From positions 62,001 through 88,344 of the forward strand of contig JABIHA010000075.1 of assembly GCA_018649885.1 (NCBI GenBank): 26,344 nt of DNA, written 5' to 3'. A program made the translations under genes and the position numbers. The notes under the pieces were generated by a model. That model was given only the letters and a program-made list of their open reading frames with translations. It searched no databases and had not been told where the DNA came from. Below, in pieces: positions 17,012-25,506 of the stretch. Within the stretch, counting starts at the first letter, position 1; each line of letters starts with the position of its first letter. Origin of the DNA: Bacteriovoracaceae bacterium. GTDB taxonomy: Bacteria > Bdellovibrionota > Bacteriovoracia > Bacteriovoracales > Bacteriovoracaceae.

Positions 17012-18508
17012 CTAATGTCGCCCCACTTCACCCAATGTCTTTGAGTGAAATATTCCACTACTAAACATTCCCTCTAACATCTGGTGACTTTTTTCAGGTG
17101 AAATCCTAAAACCGTAATGCTTGTAGTAGGCCATGATATATTTTCGGTTAAACCAATAGGGGTGTGGTGAGCTAAACCACATTTTTGCATAGCCTTTGCT
17201 TTTAGAAATATCTGCACGTAAAAACCGCTTATTAATATCCCCATAATCTGAATATCTAAAATGATAAACATTAAATAAAATAACTAAGGCCAGTGCAATG
17301 AATCTTTTTTCTTTCTCTGACTGAAAACGCTCAAATAGATCTTCCAAAATGCAGCATAGTGATAACACAAAAAGCCAATCAGAATAAATAAGGTAGACCA
17401 TATTATGGCCCCTGATACAAAAGAAAGCTAAATAAGTGATAAAAAAACCATAGACCAAAGATTTTTTTACCAAGTGCTTTCTCCTGGCAAAAAGAAAGAG
17501 CAACGTGAAAACCACAAAAACAGACCAATGAGAAAAATATTGCTCAATATAGTAATTCAAAGTAACTAGCATTTCTCCTAAGTCTAAACTTACCTTAACT
17601 TTTGTAGTACCTATTGGGTTTAATATTAACGTAGAGAGAAGCTTTTGGTAGTACCAAGCCCTTGCCTTACCAATTAATGGGTAGGTTATTAAATACGGTG
17701 TGAAAAAAGACACACAAAATCCAAAGGCCAAGACAGTTGTTGGAACGACACTTTTTAAAACCAATACCTTGCCCTTTAGGTACACACCCAATTTGCCAAA
17801 TATCTTAATGTAGTTTTCATTGTACTCACTTGAAATCACAATTCTAAATACCTCGAAACCTAGAGGGGCCAAAAAAGGGTAGGCCATAATTTTATTGTAA
17901 AGGGCCCAACAATATAAAAACCCTGAAAGAAATAAGCAGATTAAATACCTAAACAGCCGCTCTTTTTTGAGTTGTTGAGTAGCACAGAGAATAAATATCC
18001 ATGAGATGACACCAAAGCTACATGATAACAACTCTGATCTAATAATTTGCATTTGATCGCAAACACCAATCCCTCCCATAACCATTAAAGAGGCCGATGC
18101 AGCAATGGTACGACTTTTAAATAAAAGTCCGAACAAGACAAAAATACACATGATAAAAAATATGGAGCAAATAAGACTATAGTAGCTAGCAAGCTTAATT
18201 ATGCAGGGCCACTGCATAATAAGATTATTTGAATCAGAAAAATAACTCACATCAAAATGTGGAATGACCCCTACGATATAAGCCATTTTCACAAATCGAC
18301 CAAATAGAAGTTTCGTAAAAAATGAAGGGTGCACTGAAAGAGCGGGAAATTCACCACTATTTAGTGCTATTGCACCTGAAATTTGTTGGACATCATTGTC
18401 AAGTGCTGCCCACCAAGTCCTAGTTTCTAAGAGCCATGTATGTTTTAAAGAAAGTAATAAAGTTACCGTAAGTAGAAGAAATAAAAATAATCTCTTAGAT
18501 TTAGTCAC
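17012..18508 (-). CDS. Polytopic membrane protein, probable GT-C fold (ArnT/PMT-like) polyprenyl-phosphate-sugar-dependent glycosyltransferase
   Basis: About 11 TM segments. Acidic residues (DND) follow TM1, then HPS, and IRSE lies in a later loop, matching the GT-C layout. It sits directly downstream of a DPM-synthase-type GT2. GTG start after GGTGA. Confidence 0.6.
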   Translation of the reverse strand: MTKSKRLFLFLLLTVTLLLSLKHTWLLETRTWWAALDNDVQQISGAIALNSGEFPALSVHPSFFTKLLFGRFVKMAYIVGVIPHFDVSYFSDSNNLIMQWPCIIKLASYYSLICSIFFIMCIFVLFGLLFKSRTIAASASLMVMGGIGVCDQMQIIRSELLSCSFGVISWIFILCATQQLKKERLFRYLICLFLSGFLYCWALYNKIMAYPFLAPLGFEVFRIVISSEYNENYIKIFGKLGVYLKGKVLVLKSVVPTTVLAFGFCVSFFTPYLITYPLIGKARAWYYQKLLSTLILNPIGTTKVKVSLDLGEMLVTLNYYIEQYFSHWSVFVVFTLLFLFARRKHLVKKSLVYGFFITYLAFFCIRGHNMVYLIYSDWLFVLSLCCILEDLFERFQSEKEKRFIALALVILFNVYHFRYSDYGDINKRFLRADISKSKGYAKMWFSSPHPYWFNRKYIMAYYKHYGFRISPEKSHQMLEGMFSSGIFHSKTLGEVGRH

Positions 18509-18518
18509 TAATCACCAA

Positions 18519-19229
18519 TTACTTTTTGGGAGCAATTAACTTCCAACGTTGCCCAACTTTAATTTCTCTGAAAAATAATTTTAAAAAAGACAGGCCTGTT
18601 TCAATGCTCGGAGAACCTTCTTGCTCATCGATTCTCTGGCCTTCATAAGTTGGAAATTCTTTAATCTTAAGGCCCAATTTAAATGCTCGAATGCTACTTT
18701 GGTACTCTATTGTGTATCCAGGACCATCGAGAGAGATTCTCTCCCAGGCAGATCTAGTGATTGCTCTAAAGCCATTGATTGTATCGTAAACAAAATCCCC
18801 TCTATTCCACATGACGTTGGCAATGAGAGTGAAAAAATTATTGGCCCATTTTCTTATTTTTAAAAACTGCCCATCTTCTTCATTATGCCCACCATCTGAC
18901 ATTCTATTTCCAATTACTATGTCATAGCCATCATCAAGATAAGGTTTAAATTTAAATATATCAGCAGCTGTTTCATTTCCATCGGGGCTGTAAAAAATCA
19001 AAGCGTCCCCAGTTGCCTTTTCAAAGGCCAAGCGAAATGCCTCTCCCCTACCTTTGACATCTTGTATGTGACAAGTAACTCCATTTTCTTTGAAGAACTC
19101 AAGGCTTCCATCAGTAGATCCGCCATCGACTGCAAAGACCTCATCAACTGCGTCCATAGGGATCCCAGAAAATGTTTCTTTTAACCCTACAATCTCGTTG
19201 TAAGTAAGTATCACTAGTGTCGTTTTCAT
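18519..19229 (-). CDS. GT2 glycosyltransferase, polyprenyl-phosphate glycosyltransferase (DPM1/ArnC/GtrB-like), no TM tail
   Basis: ILTYNE, VDGGSTDG, GRGEA, SPDG (DxD position), DIVIGNR, DTINGFRA and IKEFPT. Confidence 0.88.
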   Translation of the reverse strand: MKTTLVILTYNEIVGLKETFSGIPMDAVDEVFAVDGGSTDGSLEFFKENGVTCHIQDVKGRGEAFRLAFEKATGDALIFYSPDGNETAADIFKFKPYLDDGYDIVIGNRMSDGGHNEEDGQFLKIRKWANNFFTLIANVMWNRGDFVYDTINGFRAITRSAWERISLDGPGYTIEYQSSIRAFKLGLKIKEFPTYEGQRIDEQEGSPSIETGLSFLKLFFREIKVGQRWKLIAPKK

Positions 19230-19232
19230 TAT

Positions 19233-20165
19233 TTATCCTAAGTCTCTATCTAAAAAATCAAGGTATGCGATTTTAACACCCTCTTCAAGAGTATAATTTG
19301 ACTTCCACCCCAGGGCCTCTAACTTCGTTACGTCTATATTTTTTCTTAGTATCCCATCCGGTTTAGAGGGGTCATTGCAAATTTTAACTGGATATTCCAA
19401 AACTTGACTGACTTTTTGAGCTAACTCCATTACAGAGTGATCGACTCCCGTGCCTACATTAATAGGTTCTAATTCATTGTAGTTTTGGAGTAAAAAAACC
19501 AAGGCGTTAGCGCAGTCATCAGCTAACATAAACTCTCTTCTTGGTCTTCCACTTCCCCATATTTCAATTTCTTTTTCACCTTCTTTTTTTGCCTGGTGCA
19601 CTTTTCTGATTAGTGCTGGAAGAAGGTGCGACTTTATAGGGTCGTAACTATCATTTACTCCATATAGGTTTGTGGGGATGGCCGAAATAAAATTCACACC
19701 ATATTGTGTCCTATAATATTGACACATTTTTATTCCTGAAACCTTTGCTAGTGCATAAGCTTCATTTGTTGGCTCAAGTGGTCCTGTAAATAGATATTCT
19801 TCCTTAATAGGGTTTTCAACTTCCTTGGGGTAGATACATGAGCTTCCTACAAATAAAAGTTTCTTCACTCCTGACTTATATGAATGATGAATTACATTAT
19901 TTTGAATCTTGATATTGTCATAAAAAAATTCTGCAGGAGAATTGATATTGGCCTGTATTCCACCCACTTTTGCAGCTGTCAAAATTACATACTCAGGGCG
20001 CTCACTACTGATAAAATCACTTACAGATTTTTCGTCTCTTAAATCGAGCTCTGCACTAGTTTTACAGATGATATTTGTAAAACCTTTGGCCTTTAACTGT
20101 TTAACAATTGCGGAGCCTAATAAACCTCTGTGTCCAGCAACATAAATTTTATCACTGGGCTTCAT
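19233..20165 (-). CDS. fcl: GDP-L-fucose synthase family epimerase/reductase (Fcl; possibly ColC-type in this context)
   Basis: AGHRGLLGS, AAKVGGI, GSSCIYPK, LEPTNEAYALAK, PTNLYG, SHLLPAL, WGSGRPRREF and KPDG. Confidence 0.92.
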   Translation of the reverse strand: MKPSDKIYVAGHRGLLGSAIVKQLKAKGFTNIICKTSAELDLRDEKSVSDFISSERPEYVILTAAKVGGIQANINSPAEFFYDNIKIQNNVIHHSYKSGVKKLLFVGSSCIYPKEVENPIKEEYLFTGPLEPTNEAYALAKVSGIKMCQYYRTQYGVNFISAIPTNLYGVNDSYDPIKSHLLPALIRKVHQAKKEGEKEIEIWGSGRPRREFMLADDCANALVFLLQNYNELEPINVGTGVDHSVMELAQKVSQVLEYPVKICNDPSKPDGILRKNIDVTKLEALGWKSNYTLEEGVKIAYLDFLDRDLG

Positions 20166-22062
20166 AAGCCATTTCCTTTTTCCGCTTCTTACTAAGCTCA
20201 GGTTTTAAAATATTTTTTAAAATCATTGTGGTAAATTTAATTGCGCTAAGGAATCTATTTTGTTTCTTTCTTCGAATCAGCTCCCTTCTCTCCCGAGTAG
20301 GAATCTCTGATACTTTGAGTCCATATTTCACAGATTTGAGAGTCATCTCAAACATAATGCTATAGCCTTTTTCAACTAGACTCATTTTGTGAATAGCGTG
20401 TTTTTTAAATCCCCTAAAAATATTATTACAGTCTGTTATATTTCTTCCATATAGAACATTTAAAATACCGGTGAAAAACCTATTCCCAACAGAGTGAAAA
20501 GAGTATGGCCTTAAAATATCCCTCTCTCCTCCCATCATAAAACGACTTGCAATCACAAGTTCGGTGCCCTGACGTAATTTAATTAAAATTTTGTCAATAT
20601 CATCAATTACTTCTGTCCCATCAATTCCCATCACAATAATATTTTCACAATCTGTACTCTCAACTGCTTGGAGAAGAAGCTCTCCTTTTTGGGCCCCAGG
20701 ACGATGAATGACATTAACACCTAGGTCTTGAAAAAAGTTTTCAACGCGAGCATGAGTTGATGCATCCGCGACAATTACGTCATCAAGGGATCTCCCGCTT
20801 AAGCTATCCCATAGACCTGAGAAGATAACACTATCCTCTAATTCATCAAGCTTTGAGAGTATGATAAGGCATGACTTATCAACGCGAATGGATTTCTTAC
20901 TAAAATAATCACCAAATGTTTCAACAATATATTCTCTTTCAATATCAGATATTCCCTGATGTGATCCAATATAAAATCCACTTTCATTTATCCATTTGGC
21001 CACAGGGTAATCATCTTCTTTTATATCTAATAATTCTTTGTAATAGGGTTGGTTTGTGAGAGGGAGCATATCTCTCGTTTCAATTCCATTTTTTTCAAGA
21101 TACTCAACTAGCTTTTCTTTTGATTCATTTTTCACCACAATAGGAAACATCATAAAAGAGTGTCCACAATCTGGTCGAACCTGGGGAAGCTGAATATAAT
21201 CACTAAAGCTTTCAAGCTTTTCTATGAAAAATTGTCCATTGTCCCATCTCTTTTTCATCATTTCATCATGGTTTTCAAACTCTGCAAGGCCAACCGCACC
21301 TTCCATCTCGGTAACTCTAAAGCTGTGACCCATTTGAACAAAAGAAAATCTTTTCTTGATAATCATTTTCATTTCATCATCAGTTTTATCTTTGTCGTCA
21401 TCAATACTGATATAAATTGAATCTCGACCATGATTCATCATAGAACGAATCCGAACAGCAAGATCAGTGTCATTGGTTGTATTTAGGCCACCAACACCAG
21501 TTGTGAGTATGTGGGCCACATAGGTTGAAAAACATCCTACATCTCCAAGAGACCCAACTGATCTCCCCTTGTATTTTACAAACATCGTCTCACACGAATC
21601 TTCTATCACTCTAAGCTTGTTAATCTTTGCAATATCTAAAATAGGATCCATATCACAGGGAGATCCAAATAGATGAACGGGAATCACACACCTGGTCTTT
21701 TCAGTAATTTTTTCCTCAATTTTAGTTGGGTCTAATTCATAAAAATGAGGGTCAACATCAACAAAAACTGGAACCATATTGCATTGTAAAACAATATTCG
21801 AGGTGGCAATAAAAGTTACAGCTGGGACAATGACTTCATCTCCATCCGACCACCCGTACTTTGTCTTGAGTGCCTGCAACGCCAGAAGTAATGATGAAGT
21901 TCCACTATTAGTCATGGTTGCAAATCGGCAGTCATGGGCAAAAGCAAACTTGCTTTCGAATTTCTGGGTAAAAGGCCCATAGGAAAGGCGCCCCGTTTCA
22001 ATCACCGAGTTCAGATATTTTTTGGTATTTTTTGAAATTTTATAAGTCCCTACACCTATCAT
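20152..22062 (-). CDS. Fusion of a DegT-family PLP enzyme with His in place of the catalytic Lys (ColD-like 3-dehydratase) and a C-terminal degenerate DPM-type GT2 domain
   Basis: NSGTSSL, PAVTF, PVHLFG, EDSCE and FSTYVAHILTTGVGG; the C-terminal ~240 aa contain LVIASRF, GNRFFT, TDCNNIFRG and VSEIPT. Likely start is ATG 22062 (track TTG 22083). 14-nt overlap with fcl. Confidence 0.85.
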   Translation of the reverse strand: MIGVGTYKISKNTKKYLNSVIETGRLSYGPFTQKFESKFAFAHDCRFATMTNSGTSSLLLALQALKTKYGWSDGDEVIVPAVTFIATSNIVLQCNMVPVFVDVDPHFYELDPTKIEEKITEKTRCVIPVHLFGSPCDMDPILDIAKINKLRVIEDSCETMFVKYKGRSVGSLGDVGCFSTYVAHILTTGVGGLNTTNDTDLAVRIRSMMNHGRDSIYISIDDDKDKTDDEMKMIIKKRFSFVQMGHSFRVTEMEGAVGLAEFENHDEMMKKRWDNGQFFIEKLESFSDYIQLPQVRPDCGHSFMMFPIVVKNESKEKLVEYLEKNGIETRDMLPLTNQPYYKELLDIKEDDYPVAKWINESGFYIGSHQGISDIEREYIVETFGDYFSKKSIRVDKSCLIILSKLDELEDSVIFSGLWDSLSGRSLDDVIVADASTHARVENFFQDLGVNVIHRPGAQKGELLLQAVESTDCENIIVMGIDGTEVIDDIDKILIKLRQGTELVIASRFMMGGERDILRPYSFHSVGNRFFTGILNVLYGRNITDCNNIFRGFKKHAIHKMSLVEKGYSIMFEMTLKSVKYGLKVSEIPTRERRELIRRKKQNRFLSAIKFTTMILKNILKPELSKKRKKEMAYEAQ

Positions 22063-22271
22063 TTTTCCGCCAAGAAATCGCAAAGCACTGGTGGCCCAAA
22101 GTTAGTGTTGGACACGGATGCGACAATGGTAAATTTATACTGGTCACAAGATACAATGATTGATGACTCAAGTAAATTTTTCGGACGCTGAAGCTACTAC
22201 GCATCAGTTGTCAGAGTCACCCACAAATATCGCAACGAATCATCTTGGAAGTTATCAGGCCCAGATTAAAT

Positions 22272-22949
22272 TTATTCTTTTTCGGCCATCACTAGCAGGT
22301 TTTTTCCAAAGAACTTTTTAAAGATAAAATCGAGATATTTACCAAGAGGGAAGAAGACTTTGTCGTATAAAAATACTGACCAAGAGCTAATTTCGCTTCC
22401 ACCTGTCAGTTTGTAAATGAGGGCAAACAGGAAGCCCAGGGTATCGGCGAACTCTAACTTTCGAATTGAAAGCTTACTCTCTATGATCTTGGATTCAAGC
22501 TCTGTCCAAGTGTAGCGTCTAAAATGGCCTACTTTTTTATCAAATTTCGAATAGAGAATTGGGCCTGCAGGTACATAGAGAAATAGCTGTCCTCCAACTT
22601 TTAGTTTTTGGTACATTTTTTGTAAAATTTCACGGTCATTGTCGATATGCTCTAGAACATTAAGGGAATAGATTAGATCAAATGAGTTATCCTCAAAGCA
22701 GTCTAGTGATTCAAAGACCTCAAAATTAAATTTAGTCAAAAAAACCTTCAACTCTGGGTCAACTTCCACACATATTGGCTTTTTAAACTTGGCAGCAACC
22801 TGCTTTGCAAACACCCCCCGCCCAGCGCCGAAATCTAAGACTTTTTTATCGCTATCAAGAAACTTACAAAGATGCTCAAACACAAAACCATTGTAATTCG
22901 TGGCCTTATCAAGGATTTCTAGCTCTTCTTTTCCTGCGTACCTTGTCAC
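22272..22949 (-). CDS. Class I SAM-dependent methyltransferase
   Basis: VLDFGAGRG, FDLIYSLNVLEHI and VPA...YSKFD..VGHFRRY. GTG start after AGGAG. Confidence 0.88.
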   Translation of the reverse strand: MTRYAGKEELEILDKATNYNGFVFEHLCKFLDSDKKVLDFGAGRGVFAKQVAAKFKKPICVEVDPELKVFLTKFNFEVFESLDCFEDNSFDLIYSLNVLEHIDNDREILQKMYQKLKVGGQLFLYVPAGPILYSKFDKKVGHFRRYTWTELESKIIESKLSIRKLEFADTLGFLFALIYKLTGGSEISSWSVFLYDKVFFPLGKYLDFIFKKFFGKNLLVMAEKE

Positions 22950-22962
22950 TCACACTCCTATA

Positions 22963-23002
22963 TTGATCCTCAGATCATAAAAAATATGATGGGTCTTTGC
23001 AA
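22963..23002. promoter_or_regulatory. Overlapping divergent sigma70-like promoters
   Basis: Minus strand: TTGCAA (22997-23002)-17-TATGAT (22974-22979). Plus strand: TTGATC (22963-22968)-16-TATGAT (22985-22990). Confidence 0.5.
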
Positions 23003-23035
23003 AATAAAAATGCGTGATAGTCGATGGGAAGTTAG

Positions 23036-25498
23036 TTGAGTAGAATAAGCACAATATTGTTCAAAGCATTATTAAAATGGTCACCCGTGAAAAAAAATAA
23101 AATAATTATCTCTATTTCAATTCTCGGAGCTATAGTCGTGCTGATGGCGAGTTCTCAACTCATTTTGATCTCTCTCCAGAAAATATTCGGACCTGGATAT
23201 ATTTCAAAGTCACTTAGCTATCTAGACCCAATACTGACATTAAGCAAACCCTCTACTGACCCCAAACTTATTCAATTTGATATAAAACTACCAGATAAAG
23301 AGTGGAATGAAATTTCAGCTCACTATATGAAATTAATGGAGAAAAAAATTAATAATGATGAATATCTTGCAGGTAATATTTGGCACAAGGCCAAACTGGT
23401 TTACCGCGGCCACCCTTATAGGATCAAGTTAAGACCTCATGGAAGAGAGCCCTCTGGACACCTCCATCGTGGAATGATGTCCTTAGAGATAAAGATTCGT
23501 GATAATCGCAATTTATTTGGTGGACGAAAATTTAACCTCATTATTTACGAAAGGATTAAATACCTATTTGAACCCAAGAAATATCTCTCAGAAAAGCTTG
23601 GTATCACGCACATAAAATCCCAAGTTGCCAAAGTAAAAATTGGTAATTTGGGTTACAAAGTCTTTTTCATAGAAAACAAATTTGATAATTCCTACTTTGA
23701 GATCAATGGAAACTCATCGCTTAAGGTATTTAAATGGGCCGAATTTAAATCTCCGATATTGAGCACAGTCAGAAGACCTGGTATTAGTGGCAAACAAAAA
23801 ATAAAAGCTGCTGCCTACGAACAAAATAAAAGCATGCTAGCTAAATTTGGAGAATCGCTCGATTTAGTAAAGACAGATGTAAACCAAAAACAATACTACC
23901 TAACTTTTTTCAATAAACTTAATACCTGCATAATAGAAAATGATCTAGATTGTGTAAAAAGTTACTTTGACGTTGAATATATTAGCTCATTTCTGGCGCT
24001 AAAAGAGCTACTAGGATTTAAATGGCATGGAGTAATGCCGGATAACTTTTTTGTGGCCTGGAATCAATCAAATGGAAAACTCTACCCTATAATAAATAGA
24101 GATTATTATACATCAGTATTCGAAACAAATACGCTCCCCAATTATTTTTATGAGTTTAAAGAGGGGGCATACCATTTTAATCTTATCCTAATTAAAAGAC
24201 TTAATAGCATTCCTGAAATCAACCATCTAAAAATAAAAAAGATTTTAGCGATCACAGGACAAAAAAAAGAAAAAGAAGAATATATTAAATTTAGAAACCA
24301 ATCTAGGGATAGACTCACTAAATTAAAATACAATCGCCTTGGACAAGTCATTCAAAATTTCATGCACCACAAAAGGGATCAGATAAGAGGAAATGTTACC
24401 CAAAATTGGGATAAGTTGCACAAATACTATAGAAAAAGAAAAAACCCACAACCGAACTTTCAAAGAAAAAATCACCACCCCCTCATTACTGTAAAGGAAT
24501 TTTTTAGGGTTAAATTAATAGGAAATACCATTCATATACTTCCCGGCAAATATACGATTACAAGAAATATCATCTTCCCAAAAAAATACAGCGTTGAAAT
24601 TTCTGGACCTACTAAAATAGAAATTTCTCCAAAATCTTCTATTGTGATCCAAGGTAATTTTAAAATTTTCTCACCCAACTCTAATCGAGTTCAAATTAGC
24701 TCTACCAGCCTCACTAAGCCATTTGGAGCTTTTGCCATAAATGGAGCCGAAAACTGTAACATAGATGGACTTGATATAAGCGGTGGGAGTCAAGCATGGA
24801 TAACTGGAAGTTTCTATAGTGGAGGCTTAAATATCTATAACTGCAAAAATGTTTCAGTCAAAAATACAACCGTTTCCAAAAACTATGCAGACGATGGCCT
24901 CAATATAAAACTTTGTGACCATTTACAAATAAGAGATTCCAAATTTTTAAATAATTTCGCTGATCAAGTGGATATTGATTACTGCAACGGTGTCGTTGAA
25001 AACTCTGTCTTCTCTGATTCTGGAGGTGATGATAACGGAGACGGAATCGATGTAAGCGGCTCAGAGATTATCCTTAGAAACAACCACTTTTCAACATTTC
25101 GCGACAAAGCAGTCAGCCTTGGAGAAAAATCAAAGGTCATATTGGCCTCCAATACATTTTTGAAAAACAAGCTCGCCATAGCCGTAAAAGATTTAACGGA
25201 TGCAATTATCCTCGAAAACAAATTCTCTGGAAATCAAATCGACGTTATTGGATATCAAAAAAAAGAAATCTTTGATGGTGCCAATATCTATATTGACAAA
25301 AAAATCAGTGAGAGTATTTCTTATGCCATTGATACCAGATCAAATATCTTTCAAAAGAAATACTCTCAGGACTTGCTAACTCAAACGGCCAAGGCGACTA
25401 GATACACAAACCTTTCAAATCTATTTGGAAAGGGATACTATGTTGATACCCGAGACATTAGCCACCTCGCGCGCAGCAGCTGGCTTCCAAACAACTGA
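23036..25498 (+). CDS. Membrane-anchored CotH-kinase-like protein with C-terminal right-handed parallel beta-helix domain
   Basis: N-terminal TM; IKLRPHG...SLEIKI, V.VKIG...VFFIE..FD and HG...DN....N...GKLYPI..D resemble CotH family motifs. C-terminal repeats DDGLN, DQVDID, GDGIDVSG and DKAVSLGE. Start is uncertain (TTG 23036 or GTG 23087). Confidence 0.7.
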   Translation: MSRISTILFKALLKWSPVKKNKIIISISILGAIVVLMASSQLILISLQKIFGPGYISKSLSYLDPILTLSKPSTDPKLIQFDIKLPDKEWNEISAHYMKLMEKKINNDEYLAGNIWHKAKLVYRGHPYRIKLRPHGREPSGHLHRGMMSLEIKIRDNRNLFGGRKFNLIIYERIKYLFEPKKYLSEKLGITHIKSQVAKVKIGNLGYKVFFIENKFDNSYFEINGNSSLKVFKWAEFKSPILSTVRRPGISGKQKIKAAAYEQNKSMLAKFGESLDLVKTDVNQKQYYLTFFNKLNTCIIENDLDCVKSYFDVEYISSFLALKELLGFKWHGVMPDNFFVAWNQSNGKLYPIINRDYYTSVFETNTLPNYFYEFKEGAYHFNLILIKRLNSIPEINHLKIKKILAITGQKKEKEEYIKFRNQSRDRLTKLKYNRLGQVIQNFMHHKRDQIRGNVTQNWDKLHKYYRKRKNPQPNFQRKNHHPLITVKEFFRVKLIGNTIHILPGKYTITRNIIFPKKYSVEISGPTKIEISPKSSIVIQGNFKIFSPNSNRVQISSTSLTKPFGAFAINGAENCNIDGLDISGGSQAWITGSFYSGGLNIYNCKNVSVKNTTVSKNYADDGLNIKLCDHLQIRDSKFLNNFADQVDIDYCNGVVENSVFSDSGGDDNGDGIDVSGSEIILRNNHFSTFRDKAVSLGEKSKVILASNTFLKNKLAIAVKDLTDAIILENKFSGNQIDVIGYQKKEIFDGANIYIDKKISESISYAIDTRSNIFQKKYSQDLLTQTAKATRYTNLSNLFGKGYYVDTRDISHLARSSWLPNN

Positions 25499-25506
25499 GA
25501 ATTATA

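Noticed and set aside
20152..22062. Calling the PLP enzyme E1/RfbH (CDP-sugar 3-dehydrase) or an ordinary aminotransferase
   Set aside because: It lacks the Cys-rich Fe-S insert of E1 and the catalytic Lys of aminotransferases, and its neighbour is a GDP-sugar reductase.
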